DNA of 64,000 bases from an uncultured delta proteobacterium (GTDB lineage: Bacteria > Desulfobacterota > Binatia > Binatales > Binataceae): the NCBI GenBank assembly GCA_963842085.1, contig CAWJET010000001.1:2784001-2848000 (forward strand), in the 5' to 3' direction. The stretch's first letter is position 1, and the number at the start of each line of letters is the position of its first letter. Below are positions 19,826-30,178 of this stretch, piece by piece. The notes under the pieces were generated by a model. It was not told the DNA's origin and did no database searches. It saw nothing but the letters and a program-made list of their open reading frames with translations. Made by a program: the position numbers and the translations under genes.

Positions 19826-22423
19826 TCAGACCGAGTTGTCGCGTGCGAGCGCTTCGACCTTTTCGAGCCGCTCCTGCAACTTCTTATTGTCCTCGCGAAG
19901 CTTGTCGAGGTCTTCGCGGAGTCTCTGGCCCTCCTCGACGCGGCTGCGGCCCTCGCCGATCGACGCGATCGCGTCGTTCGCATGGCGCTGCACGCGGCCG
20001 TCGAGATCGCGATCAGCCAGCCGTCGCAGGGCGGGCAGCGCGCGCGGGTCGCCAATCTCGGCAAAGGCGGACGGGATACGCATCCGCACCATGAATTCGC
20101 GATCGTCGACGAGCGGAGTCATGAAATCGAGAATTTCGATGCGCCGGTTGTCTTTGAGCGCCGCAAATCGCGCCAGCGCACCCACCGCGGCCACGCGAGC
20201 CCGCGGCGGTTGGCCGTAAGCCGAGCAATCGCGGGCGACGTCGATCGCGCGCTCGTCGCGCAGCTCGGCCATCCCGGACAACGCGTGCGTTCGTATCACA
20301 TCGAGATACGAGTCGCGCCCGAGGGCTTCGGTCAGATGGACGAATGCGCGTTCGTCACGCGTCTTGCCGAGTGCGAGGACCGCCTCGGCCTCGACGAAGT
20401 AGCTTTCGTCGCCGGCCGCGACGACGCCGGCCAGCGCCGACGCCGCTCGCGCGTCGCCGCGGAAATTGCCGAGTGCGCGCACGACGGCGCGGCGCGCCTT
20501 CGGATGCGGCAGCTTGAGTCCTTCGAGCAGTGCGTCGAGCGCGGCGGTCGTTCGAATCGCGCCGAGCGCGGTCGCCGCGTCTGCCTGCACGCCCCAGAAC
20601 TTGTCGGTGAGCATCGTGTCGCGCAGAGCCGCGGTGGCCTGCGGGCTACCCTCGGTACCGAGCTCGCGCGCGGCTGCGGCGCGGCCGATCGCTTCAGGAG
20701 CATGGCGCATTTCGGTTTCGAGCGCCTCGCGTCCGCGCTTGTGCTTGAGGGTCTTCAGGATGTCGTGTTCGGGATCGAAGCGCACCGCCTTGGGCGCCTT
20801 GTCCATCACAAAATTAAAGCCCTGCTCGCGGTCCTTGATTTCGACGCGATGGCGGGTCTCATGACCGTCGGCATCCATCAGCGCAATCGTGACGGGAAAG
20901 CTGAACGCGGAAACAATCGCGTCGCCCGTCTTATGCGTCTGCTTGACCGTGACGCTGAGCAGTTTTTTCTTGTCGTCGAAGGAACTGGAAACCTCGATTT
21001 CAGGATGCCCTTCCTTGTACACCCACTGGTCGAAGAAAAAATCGAGGTTGCGGCCGGTCGTGTCCTCGAACGCGCGCTGCAAGTCCTGCGTGATCACGTT
21101 GGCGCCGCGATGCCGCGTGCAATAGAGGTTGAGCGACTTGAAGAACAGATCGTCGCCGGTGACGCGACGCAGCATGTGCAGGACCAGGCTGCCTTTTTCG
21201 TAGAGATGACGATCGAACAATTCGATCGGCGTGCGATAGCGGTTGCATACGATCGGGCGGCGGTAGCGATTCGCGTCCTCGTCGAGGTAGCCTTCGCGAT
21301 CCTGCCGGACATTCCACGCGAACTCGTCGGCGCCGAGATTTTCCTCGCACCAGAGCGCCTCGAAATATGTCGCGAAGCCCTCGTTGAGCCACGCGTGCGC
21401 CCAATCGCGGCAGGTCAGCAGATCGCCCCACCATTGATGAGCGAGCTCGTGCGCGACCAGCGGATCGCTCTTGACGTCGAGATGCGCGCGCGCGTCGTGC
21501 AGGGTGTCGGCGGTTTGCGTGGTCGCTGAGGTGTTTTCCATCCCGCCGAAAATAAAATCGTTGACCGCCACCTGCGCATACTTGGCGTACGGATAGGGCA
21601 CGCCGATCGCACGCTCGAAGAACTGGATCATCTTGGGTGTGTTGCCAAACGCGCGGCGCGCGTCGTCATCGCGCCCGGGCGCAACGTAGTAGGTGACGGG
21701 GACGTTGCCGGCGCGTTCCTCAATCATCGTGAACTCGCCGGCGGCCAGCGTGATCAGATATGACGAGTGCGGCACGTCATGACGCCAGTGGAAGGTGCGG
21801 GTCTTCGCCGCGGCATTGGATGACGTGCCGACCAAGGCGCCGTTGGAAACCGCCGTGAACTTTTCGGGCACAGTTGCGATGATCTCGCTGGTGGTTCGAT
21901 TGTTCGGATAGTCGTAGCAGGGGAACCAGTAGCGCGAGTCCTCGTCTTCGCCCTGCGTCCAGGCTTGCGGCGGCTTGTTCGGATAGCCGGCATCAGGGCC
22001 GACAAAATATAGTCCGCGCCGCGGCTGGCCCGCGTAGTCGATCGCGATTTCGATTTCTTCGCCGGCGCCGAGCGCGCGCGGCAGCGCGATCCGCAGCTTG
22101 CCGTCGGCGGTCTCGAATGTGGCGGGTTCGCCACCCTCGCGCACCGCGCGAATATCGAGTTCGGCGGCGTCGAATTCGAGACGCTCGAGCGGACCGGCGA
22201 TCGCGGACAGCCGATGGGTCGCGGTGCCGGCGATTTTTTTCGCGTCGAAGTCGAGCGTGACTTCGAGCTTGATATGCTTGATGTTGGCGGCGCGATCGCG
22301 CGCCCATTTTGCCTCGACGTGCTCGGGCTGAAACGCGCGGCGTCCACGGGCGAAGGCGACGGTAAAGGCCTCGCGATCGCCAAGCTCCATCGCCAATTGG
22401 TCGAGAAATCGCGGCTTGTGCAT
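19826..22423 (-). CDS. pepN: M1 family aminopeptidase with C-terminal HEAT repeats and coiled coil
   Basis: GGMEN, HELAHQWWG...WLNEG (HExxH-x18-E), YEKG; HEAT repeats. Start set at ATG 22423. Confidence 0.92.
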   Translation of the reverse strand: MHKPRFLDQLAMELGDREAFTVAFARGRRAFQPEHVEAKWARDRAANIKHIKLEVTLDFDAKKIAGTATHRLSAIAGPLERLEFDAAELDIRAVREGGEPATFETADGKLRIALPRALGAGEEIEIAIDYAGQPRRGLYFVGPDAGYPNKPPQAWTQGEDEDSRYWFPCYDYPNNRTTSEIIATVPEKFTAVSNGALVGTSSNAAAKTRTFHWRHDVPHSSYLITLAAGEFTMIEERAGNVPVTYYVAPGRDDDARRAFGNTPKMIQFFERAIGVPYPYAKYAQVAVNDFIFGGMENTSATTQTADTLHDARAHLDVKSDPLVAHELAHQWWGDLLTCRDWAHAWLNEGFATYFEALWCEENLGADEFAWNVRQDREGYLDEDANRYRRPIVCNRYRTPIELFDRHLYEKGSLVLHMLRRVTGDDLFFKSLNLYCTRHRGANVITQDLQRAFEDTTGRNLDFFFDQWVYKEGHPEIEVSSSFDDKKKLLSVTVKQTHKTGDAIVSAFSFPVTIALMDADGHETRHRVEIKDREQGFNFVMDKAPKAVRFDPEHDILKTLKHKRGREALETEMRHAPEAIGRAAAARELGTEGSPQATAALRDTMLTDKFWGVQADAATALGAIRTTAALDALLEGLKLPHPKARRAVVRALGNFRGDARAASALAGVVAAGDESYFVEAEAVLALGKTRDERAFVHLTEALGRDSYLDVIRTHALSGMAELRDERAIDVARDCSAYGQPPRARVAAVGALARFAALKDNRRIEILDFMTPLVDDREFMVRMRIPSAFAEIGDPRALPALRRLADRDLDGRVQRHANDAIASIGEGRSRVEEGQRLREDLDKLREDNKKLQERLEKVEALARDNSV

Positions 22424-22477
22424 GGCCGTGATGTTATGAACCGCGCTGCCCGCGCGCAAACGCGAAAGTTCAGTTTT

Positions 22478-24061
22478 TCACTTCGTCTCGATGATGATGG
22501 CTTCGTTCGGCGCGAGCGTTAGTGGAGATTTCGTCGCGCCGGCTGAACGCGCGGCGATCGTGCTCAGCAGGATTCTGCCGGCAGGCATCGCGATCTCGCG
22601 CGGCTCGGCGGTGAAATTCAGCGCGACGATCAGATGCTGCGCGGGCGTATCGCGATGGAACACCAGGCAATCTTCGCGCGCGCCGTCGAAAGCGCGATAG
22701 CTGCCCTCGACCATCGCCGGCGTTGATTTGCGGATTTGGATGAGCCGGCGATAGAGCGAGAGCATCGAGTGCGGATCGTTCAACTGGCGCGCGACATTGA
22801 CGCCCTTGAAGTCCCCGCATGGCAGCCAGGTTTTAGCGCTTGCCGAGAACCCGCCGTTACGGGCGTCGGACCATTGCATCGGTGAGCGGCAACCGTCGCG
22901 CCCGACCGGATCGCGTTTGCGAGCGGCGGGAATTTTCGCATCGCGCATTCCGATTTCCTCGCCGTAGTAAACGAAGGGTGTGCCGCGGAATGCGAAAAGC
23001 ATCACGGCCGCGACGCGCGCACGCGCATCACCGTCGCCGTCGCGCGAGTAGCGCGAGATGTGCCGCGGAAAATCGTGATTCGACAGCGTCCAGGTGGGCC
23101 ACGCGCCGGGTCCGAAGGATTTTTCAGTCAGCTCGATCGCGGCGCGGAAGCGGCGCGCGTCGTAGCGCGCGAGCAGAAAGCGGAAGTTGAACGCGAGCTG
23201 CAGTTCGTCGGGACGCAGATAGTCGGCCAGCCGCGCCTGCTCGCGCGGCCACGTCTCGCCCACCAGTATGCGATCCCTGTAACTGTCCGAGACGCGACGG
23301 AACCCGCGAATGATGTCATGCACCTCGGGACGGTCATGGCTGTAGAGCGGATCCTGCGTGCCCTTCGCGTACCACGGGATATCAGGGTCGCTGGCAGTGC
23401 GGACCGGATTGTCACGAAACTCGGCGTCCTTGATAAGACCGGCGATCACGTCGACCCGAAAACCGTCGGCGCCGCGCTCGAGCCAGAAGCGGATGACGTC
23501 GTGCATTGCCTCGCCCACTTCGGCATTTCGAAAATTCAGGTCGGGCTGCTGCTCGAGGAACATGTGCAGGTACCATGCCGCGGTCGCGCGATCGTACTGC
23601 CACGCCCGACCGCCGAAGTTGCTTTGCCAATTGTTGGGCGGGCGATCCGGCGCGCCGGCAATCCAGATGTACCAGTCGCGTTTCGGATTGCCCTGCGACG
23701 CTCGCGACTCGATGAACCATGGATGCTCGTGCGAGGTATGGTTTGGCACCAGGTCGACGATCACGCGGATGCCACGGCGGTGCGCCTCGGCGACCAGGCG
23801 GTCGAACGCCGCGAGGTCGCCAAGCTCCGGATGGATGCCGCAGTAGTCGCTGACGTCGTAGCCCCAGTCGTAGAGCGGCGAAGGGTTGATCGGGTTCAGC
23901 CAGATGGCGTCGATGCCGAGCGAGTTCGGCGTGCCGTCATTGAGGTAGTCGAGGTGTGCGGTGATACCGTCGAGATCGCCGATGCCATCGCCGTTCGAGT
24001 CGGCAAAGGAGCGCGGGTAGATTTGATAGAAGACGGCGCGCTGCCACCATTGAAGAGCCAT
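22478..24061 (-). CDS. GH13 alpha-glucosidase / oligo-1,6-glucosidase family
   Basis: YQIYPRSFADSNGDGIGDL, DLVPNHTS, DGFRVDV, VGE, LSNHD. Confidence 0.95.
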   Translation of the reverse strand: MALQWWQRAVFYQIYPRSFADSNGDGIGDLDGITAHLDYLNDGTPNSLGIDAIWLNPINPSPLYDWGYDVSDYCGIHPELGDLAAFDRLVAEAHRRGIRVIVDLVPNHTSHEHPWFIESRASQGNPKRDWYIWIAGAPDRPPNNWQSNFGGRAWQYDRATAAWYLHMFLEQQPDLNFRNAEVGEAMHDVIRFWLERGADGFRVDVIAGLIKDAEFRDNPVRTASDPDIPWYAKGTQDPLYSHDRPEVHDIIRGFRRVSDSYRDRILVGETWPREQARLADYLRPDELQLAFNFRFLLARYDARRFRAAIELTEKSFGPGAWPTWTLSNHDFPRHISRYSRDGDGDARARVAAVMLFAFRGTPFVYYGEEIGMRDAKIPAARKRDPVGRDGCRSPMQWSDARNGGFSASAKTWLPCGDFKGVNVARQLNDPHSMLSLYRRLIQIRKSTPAMVEGSYRAFDGAREDCLVFHRDTPAQHLIVALNFTAEPREIAMPAGRILLSTIAARSAGATKSPLTLAPNEAIIIETK

Positions 24062-24083
24062 CGCACGGTTCGCGGCGGCGCGA

Positions 24084-25244
24084 TCAGGCGCAGCGCGAGC
24101 CCATCATGTCGGCGAAGTTGGTGGCGTAGAATTTTTCCTTGGCGTCCTCCGAGAGATTCGGCGTCGACAGCGCGAAGCGCTTGAGCGGATTGCGCCCGCC
24201 CTCGATGTGCGGGTAGTCCGACGAAAACATGCACAGCTCCGGGCCCGCCTGCTCGACGATCCATCCCACGGGCTCGTGCGGATAGGGCGTAAAGCGCAGA
24301 TTGCGCCGCACGTAGTCCGACGCCTTCATCGGCAAGCGCAGATATCTTTCCGACTTCACGAAAGTCTCCTGTGAGATGTCGAGCCGCCGCAGCCACGGCC
24401 CGATCCACATCGCGCCCTGCTCGATGCATCCGCCGCGCAGCCGCGGGAACTGCTCGAACATGCCGTCGAGCACCATCGTCGAGAGAAAGATCTCCGGCAT
24501 CACGTGGATCGCCATGAAATCTTTGGACCGGATGTTCTCGCCGCCGCCCAGGAAGTCGGTCACCGGGCGATCGTTGTTGTGAAATGCGCGGGGGATCGTG
24601 CGGCCGCCGCCGCCAATGTGCAGCACGAAGGGAACGTCGGCGTCCTGCAGGCGCCCCCATACGCCGTTGTAGTCGGGGTGAGTCGGAGACTTCTTGCCGG
24701 GCGGTAGCGAGGGGATGTGGATTGCGGCGCATCCCAACCGAATCGCCTCGTCGATCTCCTTTTCGGCAAGCTCGGGAAGGTCCAGCGGCACGAAGCCGAC
24801 CGCGAGCAGCCGCTTGTCACCGCGGCAGAAGTCGGCGATGGCGCGGTTGTGCGCGCGCGTGCCGCCGTAGAGGACCTCGGGCGTCGAACGGACCTGGTCG
24901 AACTCACCCCAGAAATGCGTGGTGGCGAAGGTGGTGAAAACCAACTGCGAGCTGAAGCCGAGCAGATCGAGCGCGCGGCTGCGTTCGTCGGGGTCGAAAG
25001 CGCCGAGCGCTTCCCATCCCTTGCGCAGCATCAGGTTCTGCTCCGCGTCGGCGACGGCGGCGGGATCGTTGTGGCGGTCGGTGGCATGCGCGATCGCCTT
25101 CTCGACCAGCCGGCCGCCCGAGCCGATCGCGAGCGGATGCAGCTTCGCGCGGATGTCGGGGTCGGCGTAGGAAATCATCCAGTCCCGGGTCTCCATGATG
25201 TGGCTGTCGGCGTCGTTGAAGATTCGGCCTTCGGCGTATGGCAT
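24084..25244 (-). CDS. Amidohydrolase_2 family protein
   Basis: DADSHIME, LHIG, FSSDYPHIEG. Confidence 0.9.
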   Translation of the reverse strand: MPYAEGRIFNDADSHIMETRDWMISYADPDIRAKLHPLAIGSGGRLVEKAIAHATDRHNDPAAVADAEQNLMLRKGWEALGAFDPDERSRALDLLGFSSQLVFTTFATTHFWGEFDQVRSTPEVLYGGTRAHNRAIADFCRGDKRLLAVGFVPLDLPELAEKEIDEAIRLGCAAIHIPSLPPGKKSPTHPDYNGVWGRLQDADVPFVLHIGGGGRTIPRAFHNNDRPVTDFLGGGENIRSKDFMAIHVMPEIFLSTMVLDGMFEQFPRLRGGCIEQGAMWIGPWLRRLDISQETFVKSERYLRLPMKASDYVRRNLRFTPYPHEPVGWIVEQAGPELCMFSSDYPHIEGGRNPLKRFALSTPNLSEDAKEKFYATNFADMMGSRCA

Positions 25245-25348
25245 CGCGATAACCTCGGCGCGCGTCGAATTCGCGCGGCGGCCCGCCTGCGCGTTTCGGC
25301 TTCAAGATAATGGAGGAAACGTGTGTCGTACAGAGGCGAGGGCGACGC

Positions 25349-25594
25349 TCACTTCTGCGTGAAGCCGAGATCGTTCAGGCGGTCGCGCGCGTCCTTGGCG
25401 GCGTCGCGATGAACCATCAAGCGCGTCGGCACGGCGGCAGTCGTGCCGAGCAGCCGCGACGAGGCCGCGTCGAAGACGAACGACTCGATGCCGGCTTCGT
25501 TCAGGTAATCATGCGCCATCCGGACCGGGGTCGGGTCGATGCTGGCGAATATTTCCTCGAGTTCGGATGGGTCGGGCGTTTCTTTGTCGGGCAT
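25349..25594 (-). CDS. DUF2007 (putative signal-transducing) protein
   Basis: YLNEAGIESFVFD...RLMVHRDAAKDARDRL. Confidence 0.75.
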   Translation of the reverse strand: MPDKETPDPSELEEIFASIDPTPVRMAHDYLNEAGIESFVFDAASSRLLGTTAAVPTRLMVHRDAAKDARDRLNDLGFTQK

Positions 25595-25621
25595 TCGGTT
25601 CTGTGCCTGCTCGCGAAGCTG

Positions 25622-26257
25622 TCAATTGGCGGAGGTCGATGCTGACGTCATTCCCTTCACCCGATTATAGATGAGGGCGGCGGCGCCGACTACCAACAGT
25701 ATCGCGATCAGTGCGTCGAAGCGATGAAAATACGGCGCGAGGTCCTTCCACTGCTGCCCGAGTTTCATCCCGCCGTACGCCAGCGCGAGACACCATATGT
25801 ACGACCCGATCAGCGTGTAGATGGTGAACGGGAGAAGTCTCATCCGCGACACGCCCGCCGGAAACGCGATGAAGGTGCGCACCACCGGCAACATCCGGCT
25901 CCAGAAAACGGTGTGCGAACCCCATCGCTCGAAAAAGCGGTCGGCGATTTCGAGTTCGTGCTCGGCGATGAGGACATACTTGCCGTAGCGCTCGATGAAC
26001 GGGCGTCCGCCCCGGGAGCCGACGAAATATGCGACGTATGAGCCGAGCAGGCATCCCACGGCGCCCGCGATCGCGACCATATTCAGACCGAAGCGGCCGG
26101 TCGCGACCAGGTAGCCCGAGAACGGCATGATTATTTCGGAGGGCAGCGGGATGCATGCGCTTTCGATCGCCATCATCAGGACGACACCGCCATAGCCGAG
26201 CGCGGAAATCGTCGCGATGATGAGGGCAGAGAGCCCGGAAATGATTTTATCGATCAT
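25622..26257 (-). CDS. DedA family membrane protein
   Basis: ESACIPLPSEIIMPFSG, RMLPVVRTFIAFPAG. Confidence 0.95.
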   Translation of the reverse strand: MIDKIISGLSALIIATISALGYGGVVLMMAIESACIPLPSEIIMPFSGYLVATGRFGLNMVAIAGAVGCLLGSYVAYFVGSRGGRPFIERYGKYVLIAEHELEIADRFFERWGSHTVFWSRMLPVVRTFIAFPAGVSRMRLLPFTIYTLIGSYIWCLALAYGGMKLGQQWKDLAPYFHRFDALIAILLVVGAAALIYNRVKGMTSASTSAN

Positions 26258-26428
26258 TTATTCGATGCGCTCTTCTTACGAAAGCGCAAGCGCACACAGT
26301 GGCATGGTGCGAGGCTGGTTGCGAGACGGCGAACGGCTCAAGCAACACGTGCGCGGGCTTGAACATAAAATGTCGCATACTGTAGATATGTTGAACGCAA
26401 ACGTCACCAACCAGTCGAGGAAACTTCG

Positions 26429-27760
26429 ATGGCAAATAACACGCTGACCATCACCGACAATCGCACCGGCAAAAAATACGAGCTGCCGATCGAAGAGGGC
26501 GGGGTGATTCGCGCCGCCGATTTGCGCCAGATTAGAACCGGCGCCGACGACTTCGGCCTGATGTCCTACGATCCGGCGTTCACCAACACCGCCTCCTGCC
26601 GCAGCCGCATCACCTTCATCGACGGCGACAAGGGAATCCTGCGCTACCGCGGATATCCGATCGAAGAACTCGCCGAGAAAAGCAACTACCTCGAGACCGC
26701 GTACCTGATCGTCAAGGGCGAGCTGCCGGACAAGGAGCACTACGCGCGCTGGGAAAACAACATCACGATTCACACGATGGTGCACGAGAATATCAAGAAG
26801 TTCATGGAGGGCTACCGCTACGACGCGCATCCGATGGGCATGCTGCTCGGTACGGTCGGCGCGCTCTCGACCTTTTATCCCGACGCGAGCGATATTCACG
26901 ACCTCGAATCGCGCCGGCTGCAGACCCGCCGGCTGATCGGCAAAATGCCCACGCTGGCGGCGTTCGCCTATCGGCATACGCGTGGGCTGCCCTACGTCTA
27001 TCCCGACAACGAGCTCAGCTATACCGGCAACCTGCTCGCGATGCTGTTCAAAATGACGGAGCTCAAGTACCAGCCGAACCCGGTGCTCGAGCGCGCGCTT
27101 GACGTGCTGTTCATCCTGCACGCCGATCACGAGCAGAACTGCTCCGCCAATGCGATGCGCGCGGTGGGCAGCTCGCAGCCCGATCCGTATGCCTGCGCGG
27201 CGGCGGCGATCGCCGCGCTTTACGGCCCTCTGCATGGTGGCGCGAACGAAGCCGCCATCCGGATGCTGATGGAAATCGGTTCGGTCTCAAATGTCCCCGC
27301 GATGATCAGGAAGGTGAAAGAGGGCGAGCGCCGGCTGATGGGTTTTGGGCATCGCGTGTACAAGAATTACGATCCGCGCGCGAAGATTCTCAAGGAGATG
27401 GCGGCGCAGGTATTCGCGGTGACGGGGCGCAACCCGCTGATCGATATTGCGATCGAGCTGGAACGAATCGCCCTGCAGGACGACTACTTCATCATGCACA
27501 AACTGTATCCCAACGTCGATTTCTACTCGGGGATAATTTACCAGGCGATGGGTTTCCCGATGACGATGTTTCCCGTGCTGTTCGCGATTCCGCGGACTTC
27601 GGGATGGATGGCGCAGTGGGCGGAGATGGTGCGCGATTCCGAACAAAAGATCGCCCGCCCGCGTCAGGTTTACGTCGGCGAATCGACCCGGCACTACACC
27701 CCGGTAGAATCGCGCCCCAAGCCAACGCAGCGCGAAGATGCGGTGAGCGAAGCAATCTAA
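26429..27760 (+). CDS. gltA: Citrate synthase
   Basis: YDPAFTNTASC, HADHEQNCS, LHGGANE, GFGHRVYK, PNVDFYSG. Confidence 0.98.
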   Translation: MANNTLTITDNRTGKKYELPIEEGGVIRAADLRQIRTGADDFGLMSYDPAFTNTASCRSRITFIDGDKGILRYRGYPIEELAEKSNYLETAYLIVKGELPDKEHYARWENNITIHTMVHENIKKFMEGYRYDAHPMGMLLGTVGALSTFYPDASDIHDLESRRLQTRRLIGKMPTLAAFAYRHTRGLPYVYPDNELSYTGNLLAMLFKMTELKYQPNPVLERALDVLFILHADHEQNCSANAMRAVGSSQPDPYACAAAAIAALYGPLHGGANEAAIRMLMEIGSVSNVPAMIRKVKEGERRLMGFGHRVYKNYDPRAKILKEMAAQVFAVTGRNPLIDIAIELERIALQDDYFIMHKLYPNVDFYSGIIYQAMGFPMTMFPVLFAIPRTSGWMAQWAEMVRDSEQKIARPRQVYVGESTRHYTPVESRPKPTQREDAVSEAI

Positions 27761-27911
27761 CGATAGTTAGATAATTTCAAAAGCGTCGCGCGGCCGCTGT
27801 TGGCAACTGCGCAATCCAAGGTTGGCCTAAGGCGCAATTCCCTGCTATGAGTAGTGGAGGCGCTTCGATGAACTTCAGGGGCGCCAAATCAAGAAGGACG
27901 GCGGTGCTGCG

Positions 27912-29075
27912 ATGGGAAAAAACGGCGGCAAGCCAGCTGATACCATCCTGACGCTTGAAGAAGCGCTTATGCGCTTCAAGCGCAAGAGGGAAGCTGGCGC
28001 AGAAACCAGGAGCGAGGCGGTCCCGGACTCCAACGTCTATCAGGCTGACTTTTCTGCCACGGTCAAGCGTGAGGACCAGGAGATTCCGGCGGGCAGCCTT
28101 AAGGCGGCAGATGACAGCGCGAGTGCGAGTGCTTCCGCTCAGCACGACGAACCGAACGCCGCGATGCCGGCGGGCGAAGATATCGTCGCGGTGATCGAAG
28201 GCATTCCGCGCACGCTCGAGGAACTCGAGCGAATCGCGGCTGCTGAACAGGCTTACGAGCAGGACTTTCCCGAGACAGCGCTCGTGAGTGCCGAGGTCGA
28301 AGACGACGCAGAGCTTGGCGCGATGGACGGCGTGGCGCTCGCCGATCGCGGCGCCCTTATTCGCGACTACGCGTTCACCGCGATGGGCACGGCATTGATG
28401 GTGTTGGTCGCGTTCCTGATGACGCGCGTGCCAATCGTCAATAACCGGCCAACGTTGGTCGCGCAGAGCATCGCGACGCCGGCGCTCAAGGCATCCGAGC
28501 CGATGAGCGCGGAGGACCTGATAGCGACCTGGGTCATAATCCCGGATTCCGACGTGCAACTGGCGTCGGCTTCGCACCGGCTCAAATCCGACGAGCTCGA
28601 GGCCCGGATCAAGGACACGCTCAAATCGGTTGCCTTCCCGGATATCGGCGTATCTGTGTCAAAGCACGGCGACGCGTACCTGGCGGGCGAAGTCTACAGC
28701 CTTGACGAGGCGCGCAGGATCAGCCAAATCGTGCACCGGGTAAACGGTGTGAACCGGGTTCACTTTCTGCATCCCGATGTTCGAGTCCCGGTGGGTCCCG
28801 CTTACTTTGGCGTGACGACGGCGTGGGCCCCCGACGTCTGGGGGGCGAAGGTGCGGGCCGTGTTCATCGGGTCGCCGGCGGACAAGGCCGGCATCCAGCC
28901 GGGCGACGTCATCAGCGAGTTTGACGGCCAGACGATCCCCGATGGGAAAACACTTAGTCATCTGCTCGCGCAGTATTCTCCCGGGCAGCGCGTGCAATTC
29001 CGGGTATGGCATGACGGCCAGCCCGAGTACCTGGTAGCGCGGATGGGCGAGCTGGCGACGGTGGCAAGCCGGTAA
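27912..29075 (+). CDS. Membrane-anchored BON plus PDZ domain protein
   Basis: Acidic N-terminus, one TM, BON-like SDELEARIKDTL...VNGVNRV, PDZ GSPADKAGIQPGDVISEFDG. Confidence 0.75.
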   Translation: MGKNGGKPADTILTLEEALMRFKRKREAGAETRSEAVPDSNVYQADFSATVKREDQEIPAGSLKAADDSASASASAQHDEPNAAMPAGEDIVAVIEGIPRTLEELERIAAAEQAYEQDFPETALVSAEVEDDAELGAMDGVALADRGALIRDYAFTAMGTALMVLVAFLMTRVPIVNNRPTLVAQSIATPALKASEPMSAEDLIATWVIIPDSDVQLASASHRLKSDELEARIKDTLKSVAFPDIGVSVSKHGDAYLAGEVYSLDEARRISQIVHRVNGVNRVHFLHPDVRVPVGPAYFGVTTAWAPDVWGAKVRAVFIGSPADKAGIQPGDVISEFDGQTIPDGKTLSHLLAQYSPGQRVQFRVWHDGQPEYLVARMGELATVASR

Positions 29076-29104
29076 AGCAGCGGCGCTTTTCTTGTGAGTG
29101 ATTC

Positions 29105-29134
29105 AGGGGCGGTCTATCGACCGCCCCTTTTCTT
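29105..29134 (+). terminator. Intrinsic terminator between convergent genes
   Basis: AGGGGCGGTC-TATC-GACCGCCCCT followed by TTTCTT. Confidence 0.75.
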
Positions 29135-29135
29135 G

Positions 29136-29942
29136 TCAGGCGCGCGGGGCGAAGCGCGGCTTGCGCTTCTCCAGGAACGCGCGGGCCCCTTCCTCGATGT
29201 AGCCGGCGCGAACGCAGAGCACCTGGTTGCGATCCTCGATGGCGAGCGCCTGCTCCAGGCTGCCGGCGTCGATGCTCATCGAGAGGCATTCCTTCGTCAG
29301 GCGCAGCCCCAACGGCGAAGTTTCCGTCATCTCGAGCGCCAGCTTGGCCGCCGTCGCCTCGAGCTCCGCATCCGGCACCAATTCCGAAACCAGGCCCGTG
29401 GCGAATGCGCGCTGCGCATTGATGAACCGTCCCGTCAGCATCAGCTCGGACGCAACCGAGCTGCCCACTGCCCGCGGCAGAAAATAGCTGACGCCCATGT
29501 CGCACGCGCTCAGCCCGATGCGGATGAATGCGGCGTTGAAGCGGGCCGACTCACCTGCGATGCGCACGTCGCAGGCGAGCGCCAGTGCAAAGCCGCCGCC
29601 CGCCGCGGGTCCGCGGACCGCCGCGATGAACGGCTGCGGTGCGCGGCGAATCGCGACGACCAGCTCGCTCATCCGGCGCTGGCTTTCCACGGTGTCGGTG
29701 GTTGAAGCGCCCAAACCGGTACCGCCGCGGTTCTGTTCCTTGAGATCGAGCCCGGCGCAAAAAGCGCGTCCCGCACCCTTCATCACGACCACGCGCGTCT
29801 CAGTCTGTGTCGGCAGCCCATGCAGGAAGTCCTCGAGCTCGGCGACCATCTGCGCGCTGAGCGCGTTGAGATTGTGCGGACGGTTAAGTGTCAGCCACAC
29901 CACTGCGCCGTCTCTTTTGATTTCAATATCTTGATATGTCAT
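29136..29942 (-). CDS. Enoyl-CoA hydratase/isomerase (crotonase) family
   Basis: LNRPHNLNAL, FCAGLDL, AAGGGFALALACDVR. ATG 29942 follows AAGGAG. Confidence 0.93.
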   Translation of the reverse strand: MTYQDIEIKRDGAVVWLTLNRPHNLNALSAQMVAELEDFLHGLPTQTETRVVVMKGAGRAFCAGLDLKEQNRGGTGLGASTTDTVESQRRMSELVVAIRRAPQPFIAAVRGPAAGGGFALALACDVRIAGESARFNAAFIRIGLSACDMGVSYFLPRAVGSSVASELMLTGRFINAQRAFATGLVSELVPDAELEATAAKLALEMTETSPLGLRLTKECLSMSIDAGSLEQALAIEDRNQVLCVRAGYIEEGARAFLEKRKPRFAPRA

Positions 29943-30062
29943 CGCAAGTCGGCTCCTTGACGCGCGGCATTCTTTTCTTTTGCCCGTCTTTCGCAAACCA
30001 TAACGCAACATGACGCACATTCGCCAAGCCTCTCAACCTCTGACAGGCGTGAATGGTCAGTA

Positions 30063-30085
30063 TTGACTTAACCGTGGCACGGTTA
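30063..30085. promoter_or_regulatory. TTGACT -35-like box abutting a perfect palindrome
   Basis: TTGACT at 30063-68, then TAACCGTG-G-CACGGTTA at 30069-30085, in a divergent intergenic region. Confidence 0.5.
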
Positions 30086-30178
30086 GAGGCTGAATATTGG
30101 GCTTTTGTGCGACATCGAGCGATACGGCTCGTTTAAGGGGGAACCGGTAAAATCTCCCCGCGGGGAGGTTGGACTACA

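Noticed and set aside
30075-30090. TGGCACG as a sigma-54 -24 box
   Set aside because: The GC lies 11 nt, not 10 nt, after the GG; the sequence is better explained as part of the palindrome.
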